A stretch of 64,000 nucleotides of DNA from Octopus sinensis (GCF_006345805.1 NC_042999.1:109740001-109804000), one strand, 5' to 3'. Shown: positions 1 to 13,172, numbered from the stretch's first letter. Notes: generated from the letters alone by a model not told the origin. Numbers and translations are program-made.

Positions 1-2156
1 TGAGTGGGACTTGAACTTAGAACATAATAAGCCAAAACAAATGCTGCTAAGCATTTGAGAAAATGCTTTAGCAATTCTGCCAATCCAGCACCCTAGGTAA
101 TAATGACAATAATAATGACAATTTCTTTCATCAGCATGATTCAAGTTAAAAGAGAAGCCACAATTTATGCTTTACACAAGAGCATTAAGAGCTATCAGGG
201 AGCAGTGTGATAGTAAGGATGCTAATGAAGTAAATGATAAAGCTCTAGTTGGGAATCAACCATGTCACAGAAGTGATTTGTCCAGAGCATGGCACCAGTT
301 ATAAATAACAATAAGGATGAACATTCTGAACAGCAGCACAAGGTCAAGCATGTTCAAAAAGGAGCTATTGCTGAATGAACTAACTCAATTGTTTGACTAG
401 TACTTGTTTTATTAAACCCAGAAGGATGAAAAACAAAACTAAACCTATTGTGGGTTTGAATGTAGAAGGAGAAATTAAATATTGTAAGGCATTTAGTGAA
501 GCACTCAAAAGTTTCTATATACACCTCCACTACCTTGATAATAACAATGATGAATGAAATTCCTTTGGCTATGTCTTGATGGCTATTGAGGTCTCTTTAA
601 TTCTGTTATGCCAAGAACATAGCAATGTTTCTAGAAGAGAAAATGCACCAGTACAATCTGTAAAGTGGTAGGTGAAGGGAAAGTGATCCAGCTCTACAAA
701 CTGAGCCAAATGAGTGAGAGAAGCACCAGTCTAAGAAACAATGTGAACCATTATGAACCATCAAACTCATCCCAGCATGGTAAGCGGATGCAAACAGGAT
801 GATGATGAAAAGGATGAGGATTTCTTATGCATGAGACTAGTTGTGGTTAAGCACTATTTCACTTTGATTGCACAGCCCTGTGATCAAGAGTACAGTGCCC
901 GATGTCCTCTTAGATATAGAAGAAAGGGTGTGATAATGAGGGAGATTTGGTGGCTATTTGTAAAAATTTGTGTGACCATGTTATAGGCTTTCATTGGCTT
1001 GTTATCAGTAGCTTTTGTAAGATGTTTAGTTCATAGATTTCATGTTAGATACTTTTTTAAGTTTCAGAAGAATAAAAAATTAAGTCAACCACAGTAAAAT
1101 TTTAATAAAATGTTATCATGTTGCCATACAATCTGATAGAGATTTTTTACTGATGTTCAAATAGGTATTAAGGCAGCAGAGTTTAAGTGGAAACAAATAT
1201 CTTGAGTCATCTGTAATTGGAAGATTCTGATTCATATGATGGTGAAGAATCGTAAGATGGTGGTGTGCCTGGTTGCTCTTTTTGGGTCTAACTTATTGGT
1301 TGGCAGCTTCGAAACACAAACAGATATTGTAAGTCAAGAAAATGCAAATGCTCCAATGTGTGCCGGAGTTGACTACATTAGGCCATGCCATGAATGAAAA
1401 TGCACTGAGAGCGATGGAAGCAGAACTTGTTGTTCATAAAATGAGTGAGGTGAGCTGAGCTGCTACTTGTATAGGGAAATGAGATGCTGTGCCGAACAAT
1501 CGCTATCCTTAAGAATCAACCCAAATGTCTAGCACCTTTTAAAGATGACCAAAGAAATGGTAGATGGATATATATGCAACATATATGCAATAAGTCAACA
1601 TCTCTTCTAGAAGTCCTTAATCAGGCCAAATAGAGGGGGGACATAACAAAGCAAACTTTATGAATGCATTTCTGGAATAATATAGAAGATTTGATTGAAA
1701 CTGATAATAAGCATCATGAATGGCACCAAAGCAGTACATAACTAAGTTATAACAAAAAGAGGGATAAAATCCCTACTCAACAGAAATTATAATAAAATAA
1801 CAATATAAAAAAACAGCTGTACATATACATATAATATGCCACTTTTTCATGAAAATTAATTCCTCACTTTTGCCTGAGGCAACAAATCTTGGAGGAGAGG
1901 TGTATAGTTGATCAAATAAACCAGTGAATTCCTGGTGCTTAGTTTATCAAATTTAGATGAATGAAAGACAATATTAACCCCGAAAAGATTTGAAATCAGA
2001 ACGCAGTATTATACAACAAAATACTGGATAAGCATTTAGATTGATACAAAGTCTATAATAAGGTTGCAAATGTATAATTGATTGACTGAAACTGTTACAG
2101 TTATTTTATCAAGGTAAACTTATCCTTAACCAAAATAATAACCCTTTCTATTATAG

Positions 2157-2399
2157 TAGTGGTTCTCAAAGTGGGAGGTATTGCCCCCCCTCCCAAGGGT
2201 GGTGGAAAGTTCCAAGGGGATGTTGAAGAAAAATAGGGCAATAACGGGGTAGCGATTCATGTAAAAACAACAAAATAATGGGTTCATTAGGAAATACAGT
2301 TGCTTTGAATTTGCTTCAGAAATAGGTCTATATTTGTGATGATTAGTTGAGGTTGGGGAGCTAGGAATGTGGCCTGGGTGTCAAGTCTGGGAACAACTG
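2157..2399. mobile_element. hAT-like MITE (different family)
   Basis: TAGTGGTTCTCAAAGT...AGTCTGGGAACAACTG termini. Degenerate 8-bp TSD TATTATAG / TACAATAG. Confidence 0.6.
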
Positions 2400-2404
2400 T
2401 ACAA

Positions 2405-2590
2405 TAGGCACAGGGCCTGAAATTTTAGGGGAGGAGGCTAGTCGATTACATTGACCCCTGTGCCTAACTGGTACTTATTTTATTGACACCCAAAAATACG
2501 AAAGGTAAAGTTGACCTCAATGGAATTTGAACTGAAATGCTTCAAAGCATTTTGCCTGGCACAGTAATGATTCTGCCATCTCACTGCTTA
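2405..2590 (-). mobile_element. SINE family A (further decayed minus-strand copies at about 1-95, 389-530, 1880-2040 and 29440-29580)
   Basis: Same core and head motifs. Confidence 0.75.
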
Positions 2591-5440
2591 CATTAGCCAT
2601 AGTAATTAATATGGTTTAATATTTTACATTAGTAATATAAATTTTTATTCAGATTATACTAATTTCAAAAGATTTATATGAAATTTATTTTAATTTATGA
2701 AACAGAACAAAAACAAAATGAGAGGTATAAAGGAAAAAGTCAAAATTAAAATGAACACACACATACATATTGCTTAACAAATGCATTGGATAAAGTATAT
2801 CCCCTTCAAACTGATTAAATTAACACAAGAAAATAATATAAGGAATAATAATTAAAAGTATTTAATGAAAACAAATACTAAACAAGAATATGAAAGCTAA
2901 GTGATAAGATTAATTAAACAGGATCTGCAGCTTTGTAAAATTTTATATATAATTATACACACACACACACACACACACTACATATTTATCAACTTTTACA
3001 AGGAAAAGATTCACAATGACTTTGAAGTTTCAACTTGTTCAAATATATATGTATGTGTGTGCGTCTCTTCCAACCCATGCCAACATGAAAAGGCAGAAGT
3101 AAGAATGATTTTGTGTACATATGTGTGTGTAGTACACACACACACATACACACACACACATGTGAAATCATCCTCAACAACCCCATTTTTACTACTGCTT
3201 TTGTCATGTTAGCATGGACTGGAAGAGACTTCTTGAAGCAGTATTCTATGGTCAATGGTTGGATGCCAGTCCTAATGCCACCCATTAATGGCTTTGAAAT
3301 ATGGTACTCCACCAGGTTTCACATGTCAAAACCATGGAACTACAGGATATATTTTGTATGTGGGACATAAATAATCATCGCCAATCCTCAAGCTGTGTAA
3401 ATATGAAAACTTGTGAAGACAAACATACATACACACACATACACATTTATGCATGATGAACTTTCATACATTTTCTTTTTGATAAATCTAACTCATAAGG
3501 CATTGGCTACCCTAGTAGGATGGAACTAACAGTGTGATTGTGAAGCAACTTTCTTAGCCACACAACCATGCCTATGGCTATATATTTCTGCATGTGTGCA
3601 TGTGTCTGTGTGTGTGTATACACATATGTGTGTAAATGCCAACATTCATCATGAAACCTAAAATGGCTATCACTAAAGAAGAATATATACTAATGAAACA
3701 TCTATGCCTTCAAAGTCTCTGTATTTTGAACCTTTTTCATTAGATCCATTTTCTTTAATCATCTGCTAGGAATGTCTTCAAATCTTAGTAGCAATTAGCA
3801 AGGGCTATGAGGAGGAGCATGTATAGGACATTATTCCCCACCAGAATATGGGATGCATGACCAAATAGCATCAAGAAATAATCTCAAACTTCAAAATGAA
3901 AACCTTTCTTTTCATCAACTCTCTCTCTCCCTCTCCTCGCCCCATCTCTCACTCTCTCACATGTACACATGTGTAATATATATATAGATGAAATGAAAAT
4001 AAGATTAAAGAGATGACTTAAAATGGCCAGTGGCATTAATTTAAACACCATACAAGGTAAATTACTAATTTATTGAAACTATCTCTGTTACTATGGATAG
4101 TGGTAAATCATTAAGTGGTAGTTGGGACCAAGAGTCAAGAATTCTCCAAAATCAACATACCATTAAAATGACGACAGTTTAATGCCTGGAGATAAGAAAT
4201 CATCAATAGATATGTATTTCTACCTCAATTGGTGCCTCAGCATAACAGATTACACTTAGACACAGGCCAAAAAGAATAAAACATTTATAACTAAGGTAAT
4301 TTGCATAAATAAAATGGAAATGAGCTAAGAGAAATAACTCTAAGTGGTCAGTGGCTACAGGAAGACCAAAGAAAAGCTAACATCACACTACTTTATTCAT
4401 CAAATATCAAAGAGACTGCAGTAACTCTGACGGCAGTAGCATGGCCTAATAAAAGTCAAGAAGCTAGAATGAGCTCAAAACTATAAACTCAAATGCACAT
4501 ACAGACCTATGTATTTGTTCAACTGATTAAAAACATATGTTCCAACATTATAAGGAAAACTTTAAAATTGTCATGATTTATTATTATTAATGAAAATAAA
4601 TGGTTACAGACTATAACTTTTTTTTATTTGTTTAATCGGTTTTTGAGAGACACTTAAAATAGGATTAGAGATAGACAGAAAGAGTAGATAGGCATAAAAT
4701 ATTAAAACAAAGTTAACATGCAGGAAACATGGAAAGGAAATCTATAAAGTTTATTTTGCATAGAAGATTTTACTGAATGGAATGAAGCTACTGAATAAAT
4801 GAAACTCTGAACAGCTTCAAGAAAAAAAAACATTAAAGGAAGAACAATATGTTATCTACAATAACAGCTGTTATAGAATTCTTGAAATGTAACACTGGTC
4901 ATATGTTGGAAAATACTTATGGTATAAATTTAGCATAAAGAATTTCCTTTAATAGTTCTAGATATGGCTATGCCATCCTTTTTCTAGGTATGTTGACTGA
5001 AAATTAAAGACTGCAAACTTATTGCCATATGGTTTGAATTTTACTTCATCGATTCACACAGTTAGAATGAAAAAGGACCATAAAAACCTTCAAAGGTTTT
5101 TGCTACAGAGGTGATTGTCACTATTTTATAAGAAATCTATATTACATTGCTTTATTCTGCGTTTATAATGCCTAAACTATGGAATGAATTTGGTGACATA
5201 ATCTTATTACACATGTAACCGTTTTATTGTTTGTAAGTCATTTGACTGATCAAGTAAGAGAAGAAATTGAGCACATAATCTATTGTGGATATAACATTTA
5301 TATAATTTAAATTGTTCCTAAGACAATTGACAGATAAATAAATATTTTGAATAAGTATAATTAATCTATATTACTGATATAGATATGTTTTTTAGTATTT
5401 GCAATTCAGTAGCTGCTATTATTATTATTATTATCATTAT

Positions 5441-5599
5441 TATTGTTCAGGTCACTGCTTGGAATTGAACTCGGAATCTTGGGGTTAGTAGCCTGTGCTC
5501 TTAACCACTACACCATATGCCCGTGGGTATAGTGGTTAAGAATGCAAGCTACTAACCCCAAGATTCCGAGTTCGATTCCAAGCAGTGACCTTAACAATA
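5441..5599. repeat. Palindromic, head-to-head tRNA-like (Pol III A/B box) repeat
   Basis: Arms 5441-5514 and 5526-5599 are inverted copies (about 7 mismatches in 74 nt) around an 11-nt loop. Each arm has TAGTGGTTAAG (A-box-like) and GAGTTCRATTCC (B-box-like). Flanked by (ATT)n and (AAT)n. Confidence 0.85.
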
Positions 5600-5647
5600 A
5601 TAATAATAATAATGATAATAATAATAATGATAATAATAATAATAACA

Positions 5648-5800
5648 ACAACAACATCGAAAATACATTAGGAATAAGAACCCAGGTTCAAAACTTTCCC
5701 AAGATACTTGAAGAAGGCTGGAGGGTATATCAGCCGAAACTTGTTAACAACAAACAAGATGAGGACAAATATCCTTTGAATGTAAATAATGTAAGTAATG
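5648..5800 (+). mobile_element. Second Penelope-like repeat fragment with a degenerate hammerhead core (5708-5742)
   Basis: TTGAAGA-A-GGCTG(gagggtatat)CAGCC-GAAAC-TTG. Stem II (5716-5720/5731-5735) is perfect. The core C is replaced by T and the stem III palindrome is broken. Confidence 0.45.
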
Positions 5801-6371
5801 CATTTTATCCATTTAGTTATATAAGAGTATAGAAACAATATAATACCAGTGTGTGGTGACTTGTATTTCTCTAAGAGTCGGAACACTCAACCAACTACTT
5901 TCTAAACCTGTTTAGATATTATAAATTTGGGGCATATGTATTACAGTAAGTAAACAAATGATGTGTTTAACATTGTATGTGTGTTATTTATTTATTTTTT
6001 TTTGTTTGCTTTCTTAATTATGATAAGCTCTCTTGCAAGAGAAATCTTGAATGCTAAGTGAACAAACAACTCTACAATATAAATCTATTGGTCAAAGGAT
6101 AAAACTGCAGGAGCAAAATACTTTGTTTAAATCAGGTCATAACAGTTTTCATCTAAAAATCTTTTTTGTTTATTGATAATCTAGAATTTAAAAGCAAAAA
6201 AAAAAAAAGGATTTACTGAAATTCTAATATATGTAATTATTATTATTTATGATTTTTTTTTTTAAATGACTGTCAAGTTTGGAAAACTTTAGTGTTTGGT
6301 TGAAAAAGAAATAGGTCCTGTGCACAGTCAGTACAGGGATTCTGTTTCATTTCTAATTTTATATATGGGTG

Positions 6372-6402
<31 letters not shown>

Positions 6403-6530
6403 ATAGTTAGTGTATGTATGGATGTGTCTGTAAACTAGATGACACTAACTCTGCCTTTGCCCCTTTCAGAATGATTGCATGTCAATGACGATACATTGCA
6501 GGCAACCAGTCTTTGTGGTAGTGTCATTCA

Positions 6531-6535
6531 TCATC
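6531..6535 (-). CDS. Candidate start of the terminal exon (completes Gly, then TGA in phase 1), followed by a putative 3' UTR
   Basis: Strong acceptor cattgcattgttcttgttgttatag|GATGATGAATGA, 163 nt downstream of the 6699 donor. It gives ...PHWG* (phase 1) or ...DDE* (phase 0). Minus-strand AATAAA motifs occur near 5990-6170. Confidence 0.35.
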
Positions 6536-6698
6536 CTATAACAACAAGAACAATGCAATGATAGGAAACTTCCATCACCAGCACAATTTCTATCCTTATA
6601 TATGGTGTCAGTATCAGATTGTAGTTGATGTTGGATTTAAGTAAAGATAATATAGGGTTATTCAGTTCATAAGAAAATACATAGTAATAAGTCCTTAC

Positions 6699-6821
6699 CC
6701 CAATGTGGTATACTGGGTGATCGAGGGGCGGTACCTCCACGTTTGTGAGGGGGAGAATCCATCTTCTGGGTGGCAGAGGCAGGGCGAATGTCAGGATACC
6801 CAGTATGCCATGGCACTTCCC
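6699..6821 (-). CDS. Candidate coding exon (123 nt) of an unidentified host gene; phase-1 reading xEVPWHTGYPDIRPASATQKMDSPPHKRGGTAPRSPSIPHW
   Basis: Minus strand reads attctttttgttgtag|GGGAAG...CATTGGG|gtaagg. Length is divisible by 3. The GC/CpG-rich segment coincides with the splice boundaries. Phases 0 and 1 are open; phase 2 has a stop. Protein not recognised. Confidence 0.6.
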
Positions 6822-7280
6822 CTACAACAAAAAGAATGTGGTGAAAGTAAATCAGGCTGTTCTCAAATTTATCCTCAAGAAAGGTCACTTTCTTTAAATA
6901 ATTAAAATAGTCAACAATATTTTACAGAAGGCCACGTTATTAAATAGAGATGGTCACTTTAGAATTAATGGCTCCAAATAGCAAATACAAAGCGCATATA
7001 TGTGTGTGTGTATGTGTGTGTGTGTGTATGCATGTGTGATTGCCTGATTGATAATTAGTAAAATCTGGTTGTGTAGAACATTTGTAACAATGCAAAAATA
7101 AAGGAATGGAATAAAAATTCAAAAATAAATATTAGCTACTATCTAAAGAGTTTTAAAAAAGAGAAAAAAGAAAATGCAAGAAATGAAGAATAAAAGACAA
7201 ATATGGAAGAAGCCAACTTCAATGAGATACAGGTTCTTCAATTTGTCACAAACTATTACTGATGCAAAAGTATGAGAATA

Positions 7281-7487
7281 TTCTTTCCTACTCAAGGTCC
7301 AAAATTTTGGGGGAGGGGCCAGTCGATTAGATTGACCAAGTATGCAGCTGGCACTAAATTTATTGACCCCAAAACGATGAAAAGCAAAGTTGACCATGGC
7401 AGAATTTGAACTCAGAATGTAAACACACACGAAATACTGCTAAGCATTTTGCCCAGCGTGCTAACATTTCTGCCAGCTTGCCGTCTT
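7281..7487 (-). mobile_element. tRNA-derived SINE family A
   Basis: Head GGC(G/A)AGCTGGCAGAA..GTTAGC, B box GAGTTCAAATT, and a conserved core GGTCAACTTTGC(C)TTTCATC(C)TTT.GGGGTC(G/A)ATAAATT.AGT.CCAG that resembles the Deu/Nin-type SINE domain (from recall). Confidence 0.85.
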
Positions 7488-7670
7488 AACGTATGAGTAT
7501 ATTGACTAAGTGAGGTAAAGAATTATTGCTGTTAAGTATTCTTCAGAACACAAAGTATGCTTTCTTTAGCTACTGTGACTACAGTTCTTATTGCTATCTT
7601 CATCTTTACTTACCTTTACTATTACCGCAACTAATAATCACTGTTATCATCATCATTATTCTCACCAATC

Positions 7671-7888
7671 AAGGTGGCGAGCTGGCAGAATCGTTAGCAC
7701 ATTAGACGAAAAGCTTAGTGGTATTTCGCCTGTTGCTATGTTCTGAGTTCAAATTCCGCTAAGGTTGACTTTGCCTTTCATCCTTTCGTGGTCGATGAAT
7801 TAAGGACCAGTTGAGTATTGGGGTCGATGTAATTGACTTACCCCTCCCTCAAATTTCAGGCCATGTGCCTATGGTAGAAAGGTTTATT
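7671..7888 (+). mobile_element. SINE family A, near full length
   Basis: GGTGGCGAGCTGGCAGAATCGTTAGC...GAGTTCAAATTCCGC...CTTTGCCTTTCATCCTTTCGTGGTCGATG... Confidence 0.9.
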
Positions 7889-8444
7889 CTCACCGATCCC
7901 CTCTGCTTCAGCTACTCTCAGTTGTTTCTCCCTTGTAATGAATTTTCTTGTATCCTGCTTCTTTTTTTAACCCCCCACCACTTTTTTTTTTTAGATCTGT
8001 GCTGCAAATATTACATCTGTAGTTGGTTCCATGTTTCACTCAATGTATCTGAACACTTATTCATCAGCAAATCATCCCTCCCTAAGAACTAGAGAAAAAA
8101 AAATCCACTGGTTCAAAAACACCTGTCTTTTGTCATTACTATGCTAGTATATATGAACACACACACACACACACACACACACAAGATGAATAAGCAGAGA
8201 AAGTATAGTGCTAGATAGAATGCTATACACTATATTTATTCTGGCACTGCTGAGGTCAACTTGCCTTTTATCCTTCAGAGGAGGAGGTGGTAACTATAGT
8301 ACCAGACAAACATGGGGGTTGATTCTTCTCCACTTTCTGTTCTATAATTGGCTATGTTGCACAAAAGGATGAAGGATTAAATGAAGGGCCAGCAACCTCT
8401 TCTTACAGAAAAGCTAATAGGCAACTGAAATCACTCAAGAATGG

Positions 8445-8635
8445 CCTGAAATTTAAGGAGAGGAGGTTTGTCAATTATACCAACCCAAGCACTTGATAGG
8501 TATTTATTTCACTGAATCCAAAAGGATGGAGGCAAAGTTGACCTTGGTGGAATTTGAACTCAAACATAAAGACGGATAAAATGCTGCTTAGTATTTTATC
8601 CAGAGTGCTAATGATTCTGCCAGCTTGCCACCTTG
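8445..8635 (-). mobile_element. SINE family A
   Basis: Aligns by eye to the reverse complement of 7671-7888. Confidence 0.8.
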
Positions 8636-8819
8636 AATGTAATGTTATTAAGAATAATAATAACAATGATAATAGTAATGAATGTGTTTGAACATGTGTG
8701 CATGTGTGTGTGTGTAGCACAACTATAACAAAAGTCTACACAATATTTATCATTATCATCACTTAACATCCACATGTGTATATATATATATATACATATA
8801 TATGTGTGTGTGTGTGTGT

Positions 8820-8900
<81 letters not shown>

Positions 8901-10914
8901 TATACAGATTTACATCTCTCTCTCCCTCTCTGTCTGTCTCTCTCTCTTATACATATATATGTAAAACATGCACAAATGTGTTTACATAAATGTATATACA
9001 TAAGTGCAAGATGGAGGCAGAAAGATAGGGGAATATTTTGAGATAATGAGAAAAGATTGCATATTACAACATACACCATCATGTAGCAAATGTAACTTAG
9101 AAAAATGAAAATAATGCAAAACATTTCTGTATATCAAATATGAACTACATAAACCTGAATTCGTACAATGATAAAAAGTTTTTGCATATATTATAGGTAT
9201 AATAATTAACATGATAATATGGAGTATCCAATCCAAATTATTAGCAGAATGACAGCACTAGAAAAATGCACAGATATACTGCATATACTTTTTATGAAGT
9301 GGTACATATTTTTTTGCGAGAAGGAATGCTTATTTAATTAACACGAAATCAGATGGTCTGTTGTATAATATCCTTGCTGCTGTTTTTAATATTAAAGTTT
9401 TTGTTGTTTTTTCTTTTTTTTTAATTGACTGAGCTTTTAGAAATAGGTGTTAAATTTAGTGTTTATTTAGTTTCGTGTCTGTGTGCTCTGAGTGCAAATC
9501 TTACCAGAAATAATTTAATCTAATATCATCACTTCAGTGCTGATAATACAAATAACTATAATACAAAGGCATTGACTGAATTCTTTTCTTTTTCTCTTGA
9601 AAGAAAACTGAATTCTCTTTCTCGAAGGAGAAATAAAGTGCATTGTACTTGAAAATGATCATTAGCAGGATATTTTCTTCAAATCAAGCTTATTATTTTT
9701 TTTATTTCTGTGTTGCAACCAGGATTTTTTTCAAAGACGGAAAGGCAGTACACGTCCTTAGATCATGCCATATAGTTTTCACTGCAGTTTTGATTACAAT
9801 TTATTTACTCCCTACAGATATTCAAATTCATTCAAATACAATAAACTCAGGTTAGATACTGGTTTAACCAATAAAATACCCAGGCATTAGACACATTGAT
9901 ATTAAGATATTATCACAATTTTTAAGTTCAAACTAAGCTCTGGGTGCTATAGTAAAATTAAAAGAGTTTTAAAAAACCCCAGTTAATTGTTCAAGTAGCA
10001 ACCAAATTTTATATTGATTAACTGTGTTTATGGATTAAAGTAGGATTTAAGGGTCCTGCACAGTTTGTTGCAATATTGTATTTTAGACAATAATTGTATC
10101 AATGCAAAAGATAATAAATTAGTTATAACAAAGAAAACTTCTGTGACCAGTTTTGTGAAGGTAAATAACGCCTAATTAAGGATGGTTCCATTAAACTGGG
10201 AGACTATGTTTAGATCTCATCTCATTGTTTGCAGCCTTCTAATTGTCACCAATTGCTTTACCATTTCTACCATGCTGTAACTAAAATTACTTTCCCCAAT
10301 TATCGTTATCAGTAATTAAATTCTATTCCAGCTAGTATGGGAAGAAAACTTTGCCTTAAAGAATACATGCTTACTACTTTATTTTAACTGGTTTATAAGA
10401 AACCAGTTGAAGAAGTGGTATTTCACTTTATGCTGAGAAATAAAAAAGACAACCATATGGACCATTTGATAAAAAGGAAAGTAGTTTTGATGTTAATTAA
10501 AGGTTATGCTTTCATATGTCTAGAGCCTGTAAACATTGGAAAGCTTATATTTAATTAACACTAATAATTTAATACTTCAGTACATATTCAAAGGCTGGGA
10601 ACCATAGTATTGCTTCAATACAAGCCTGCTTTGTTAAAAATCACTTAGAGTGCCAAGTGAAGAGAGAATGATTAGATTGAAGAGGTAAACTGGTAGATGA
10701 AATTAGGAAAACAAAATTCTGTTCCAAGGTTACAATTGTTTTAAAATAAAGAGGATGCAAAGATGCAAACATAAAAATATGACTTAAAATAATTCAAATT
10801 CTAAGCTTGGATTAGTCTGTACATTTAGTCAGTTAAGCACAAGAGAATCAAAAATTTACTTAAGTTTATCTAGAAAGCAAGCTGGCCAAATTTTGAATGA
10901 GGGCATGATGATGA

Positions 10915-11165
10915 TGATCATCATCATCATTTAGCGTCCACTTTCCATGCTAGCATGGGTTGGACGGTTCAACTGGGGTCTGGGAAGCCAGAAGGCTGCA
11001 CCAGGCCCAGTCTGATCTGGCAATGTTTCTACGGCTGGATGCCCTTCCTAACGCCAACCACTCCGTGAGTGTAGTGGGTGCTTTTTACGTGCCACCGGCA
11101 CAGGTGCCAGACGGGGCGGCAAACGGGCACGGTTGGATGGTGCTTTTTACATGCCACTGGCACGG
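10915..11165 (-). mobile_element. RTE 3'-end fragment
   Basis: The plus strand begins (CAT)n-TTTAGCGTCCACTTTCCATGCTAGCATGGG, matching the tails at 27570 and 34690. Confidence 0.8.
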
Positions 11166-11619
11166 ATATACAAACATACAAACAAAAATATGGTATACAA
11201 ACAAAAATATAATTTTAGCCAAGTGAATGAAAAATGAAATTTAACATGCTCCTTGGTTCTGATTGGCTATTTCAAGCAGAGAATAGAAACTTGGGATCAA
11301 GATAATTTCACAAAAAGTCCAAGGTCTAAAGAAACAAACACATAATGCAATTTGGTCATGAGAGGATATTCAGTAGCCTAATCTAAAAAATTGTTTGACC
11401 TAAAGTCAACCATGATTGATCAAAAGCCTTCTAGCCATGACCATTCTGTCTTTCCAGCAGCCAAACTGTATCTAGGACTAAAATAGACAATTTAGTCCTA
11501 GATACAGTATGAATGTGGAAACTAAATAGGAAGAGAAGAAATTTAGTCTAGGGTAACACTGATACTCTCTACATAGTAAGACAAATAATACAAAGAACAT
11601 ACTTGACTATGAATAAGCT

Positions 11620-12745
11620 CTTACACCTAGCATTCATTGACTTGAGAGGACCTTTGACAGGGCTCTATGCTCTGGAGTTAGGTGAGTGTAAAGAAAACTG
11701 ATTAAGAAAACTTAGAGGTTGAAGAATAGCTTGTGAGTGCTGTGCAAGCTATGGGTAGAGCCATTATTGGACCGATGAACGTTAGCGATGTGTTCCCCAC
11801 AGTGTGTCTATCAGGACTTGATTTTTAGTCTTCTCATTTATTATTGCCTTCCAAGCCATAACAGTGGAGTTTAAGATCAGCTTCCATGGGAATTCATGTC
11901 TGCTAATGGTCTAGTTCTTATAGGTAAATCTGTCAAAAATTTACATAAGGAACTGGAAATTTGGAAGCAAAATCCAAGAGGTTTAAAAGTATATCTAGCA
12001 AAAACTGAAGTTTTAGATAGCAGGAAAGAAAGCACAACAAATTTATACGATGTGCCTAGTGTAAATTACAAATGCACAAGAGGTATAGTGACCTCAAGGG
12101 CAAGTTGGCAAAGAAGGCAGCAAAGAAGAGAATCTGCTGTGTAACAGATTCACAGGAGTAGATAGCAATAAGAGAGAGTGTGAAATATATTCCTTCAAGT
12201 GCTCAGAAAGCACCCAAGGAGTGAATAGTTTTGTAACCTACATAACTCAGCTGTAGAAATGGATTCTCTCAGTGAAAGAACAAATTGGTGAAAATTAAAG
12301 CCATTAACTCTGCTAGGAAAAAGTTTCTCTCACTGGTTAAAGGATAGGTTGTTTGGGGCTTATGTATGAAGTGTGCTGCATAGTATTGAACACATGGGTC
12401 TTGAATGAAGGGGGTTTGAAAAAGCTGGAAAGAACTGAGTTAGCATCATATTCCACTGGATTTGTAATGTTAGCGTGCATGAACAATGGAACTCAAGTGA
12501 ATTTGACAGAATGATTGAATATAAGATGAACCAAATGCAATGTGAAGGAGAAAATAATATGCTAGTATAGGCAAGTTGTGTGCCAGAAGGATGTTACATA
12601 TTAAGAAAAGTGAGGAACTGAAAAAGACAGGGATGAACCTTATGTTATATTAAGGGTCATGACAAGTGTGTGAAAAACTGTTCTGGAGAACACTTGACTA
12701 ACCTGCACAAGCATGGTAAAACAGGGTTAAAAATGATGATGGTGA
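11620..12745 (+). mobile_element. Decayed RTE-type LINE, reverse transcriptase and C-terminal part
   Basis: Broken translation with RT motifs: FID(L)..FDR, PWEFMSANGL for the PWELLYADDL region, GLKVYLAKTEVL, then a Cys-rich segment. Ends in a (GAT)n tail. Many stops and frameshifts. Confidence 0.8.
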
Positions 12746-13172
12746 TGCAGGATGCTATACTAACACTTTGATCTGTCTTGTCTGTTATGTTCACATGATG
12801 TCTGCCACCATCCCTCTTTGTTAATACTCTCCATCTATTGGTTACTCTCTCATATATCACTTATTCTCCAGCCTATATCTTTTTTTTTTTACTTTATGTT
12901 CCTTCTACCTTGCTGCTTCTATGTAAAGGTAAGCTACATATTATATTCAGTCCTGACCCCTTTAAAACACCCATCTTTATTATATCACTCCCCACTCTCT
13001 CTTAGTTTTGATACTAGCTTTTCCATCTTCCATAGAAACCATGCCAAATAAATGGAATGTACCAGCAAGATGTATTCCTTGACCCAATTAAGAGAACAAT
13101 AACACTGAATAAAAACTGGTTTGAACTGACATGATCTGTCCCACCTTTGCCAGCAGGGAATATATATATATG

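Noticed and set aside
5526-5585. tRNA-like sequence
   Set aside because: It has A/B boxes but no complete cloverleaf or acceptor stem; it is a SINE-type head, not a tRNA gene.
8608-9124. Cluster of overlapping ORFs
   Set aside because: Microsatellite artefacts from (CA)n/(TA)n.
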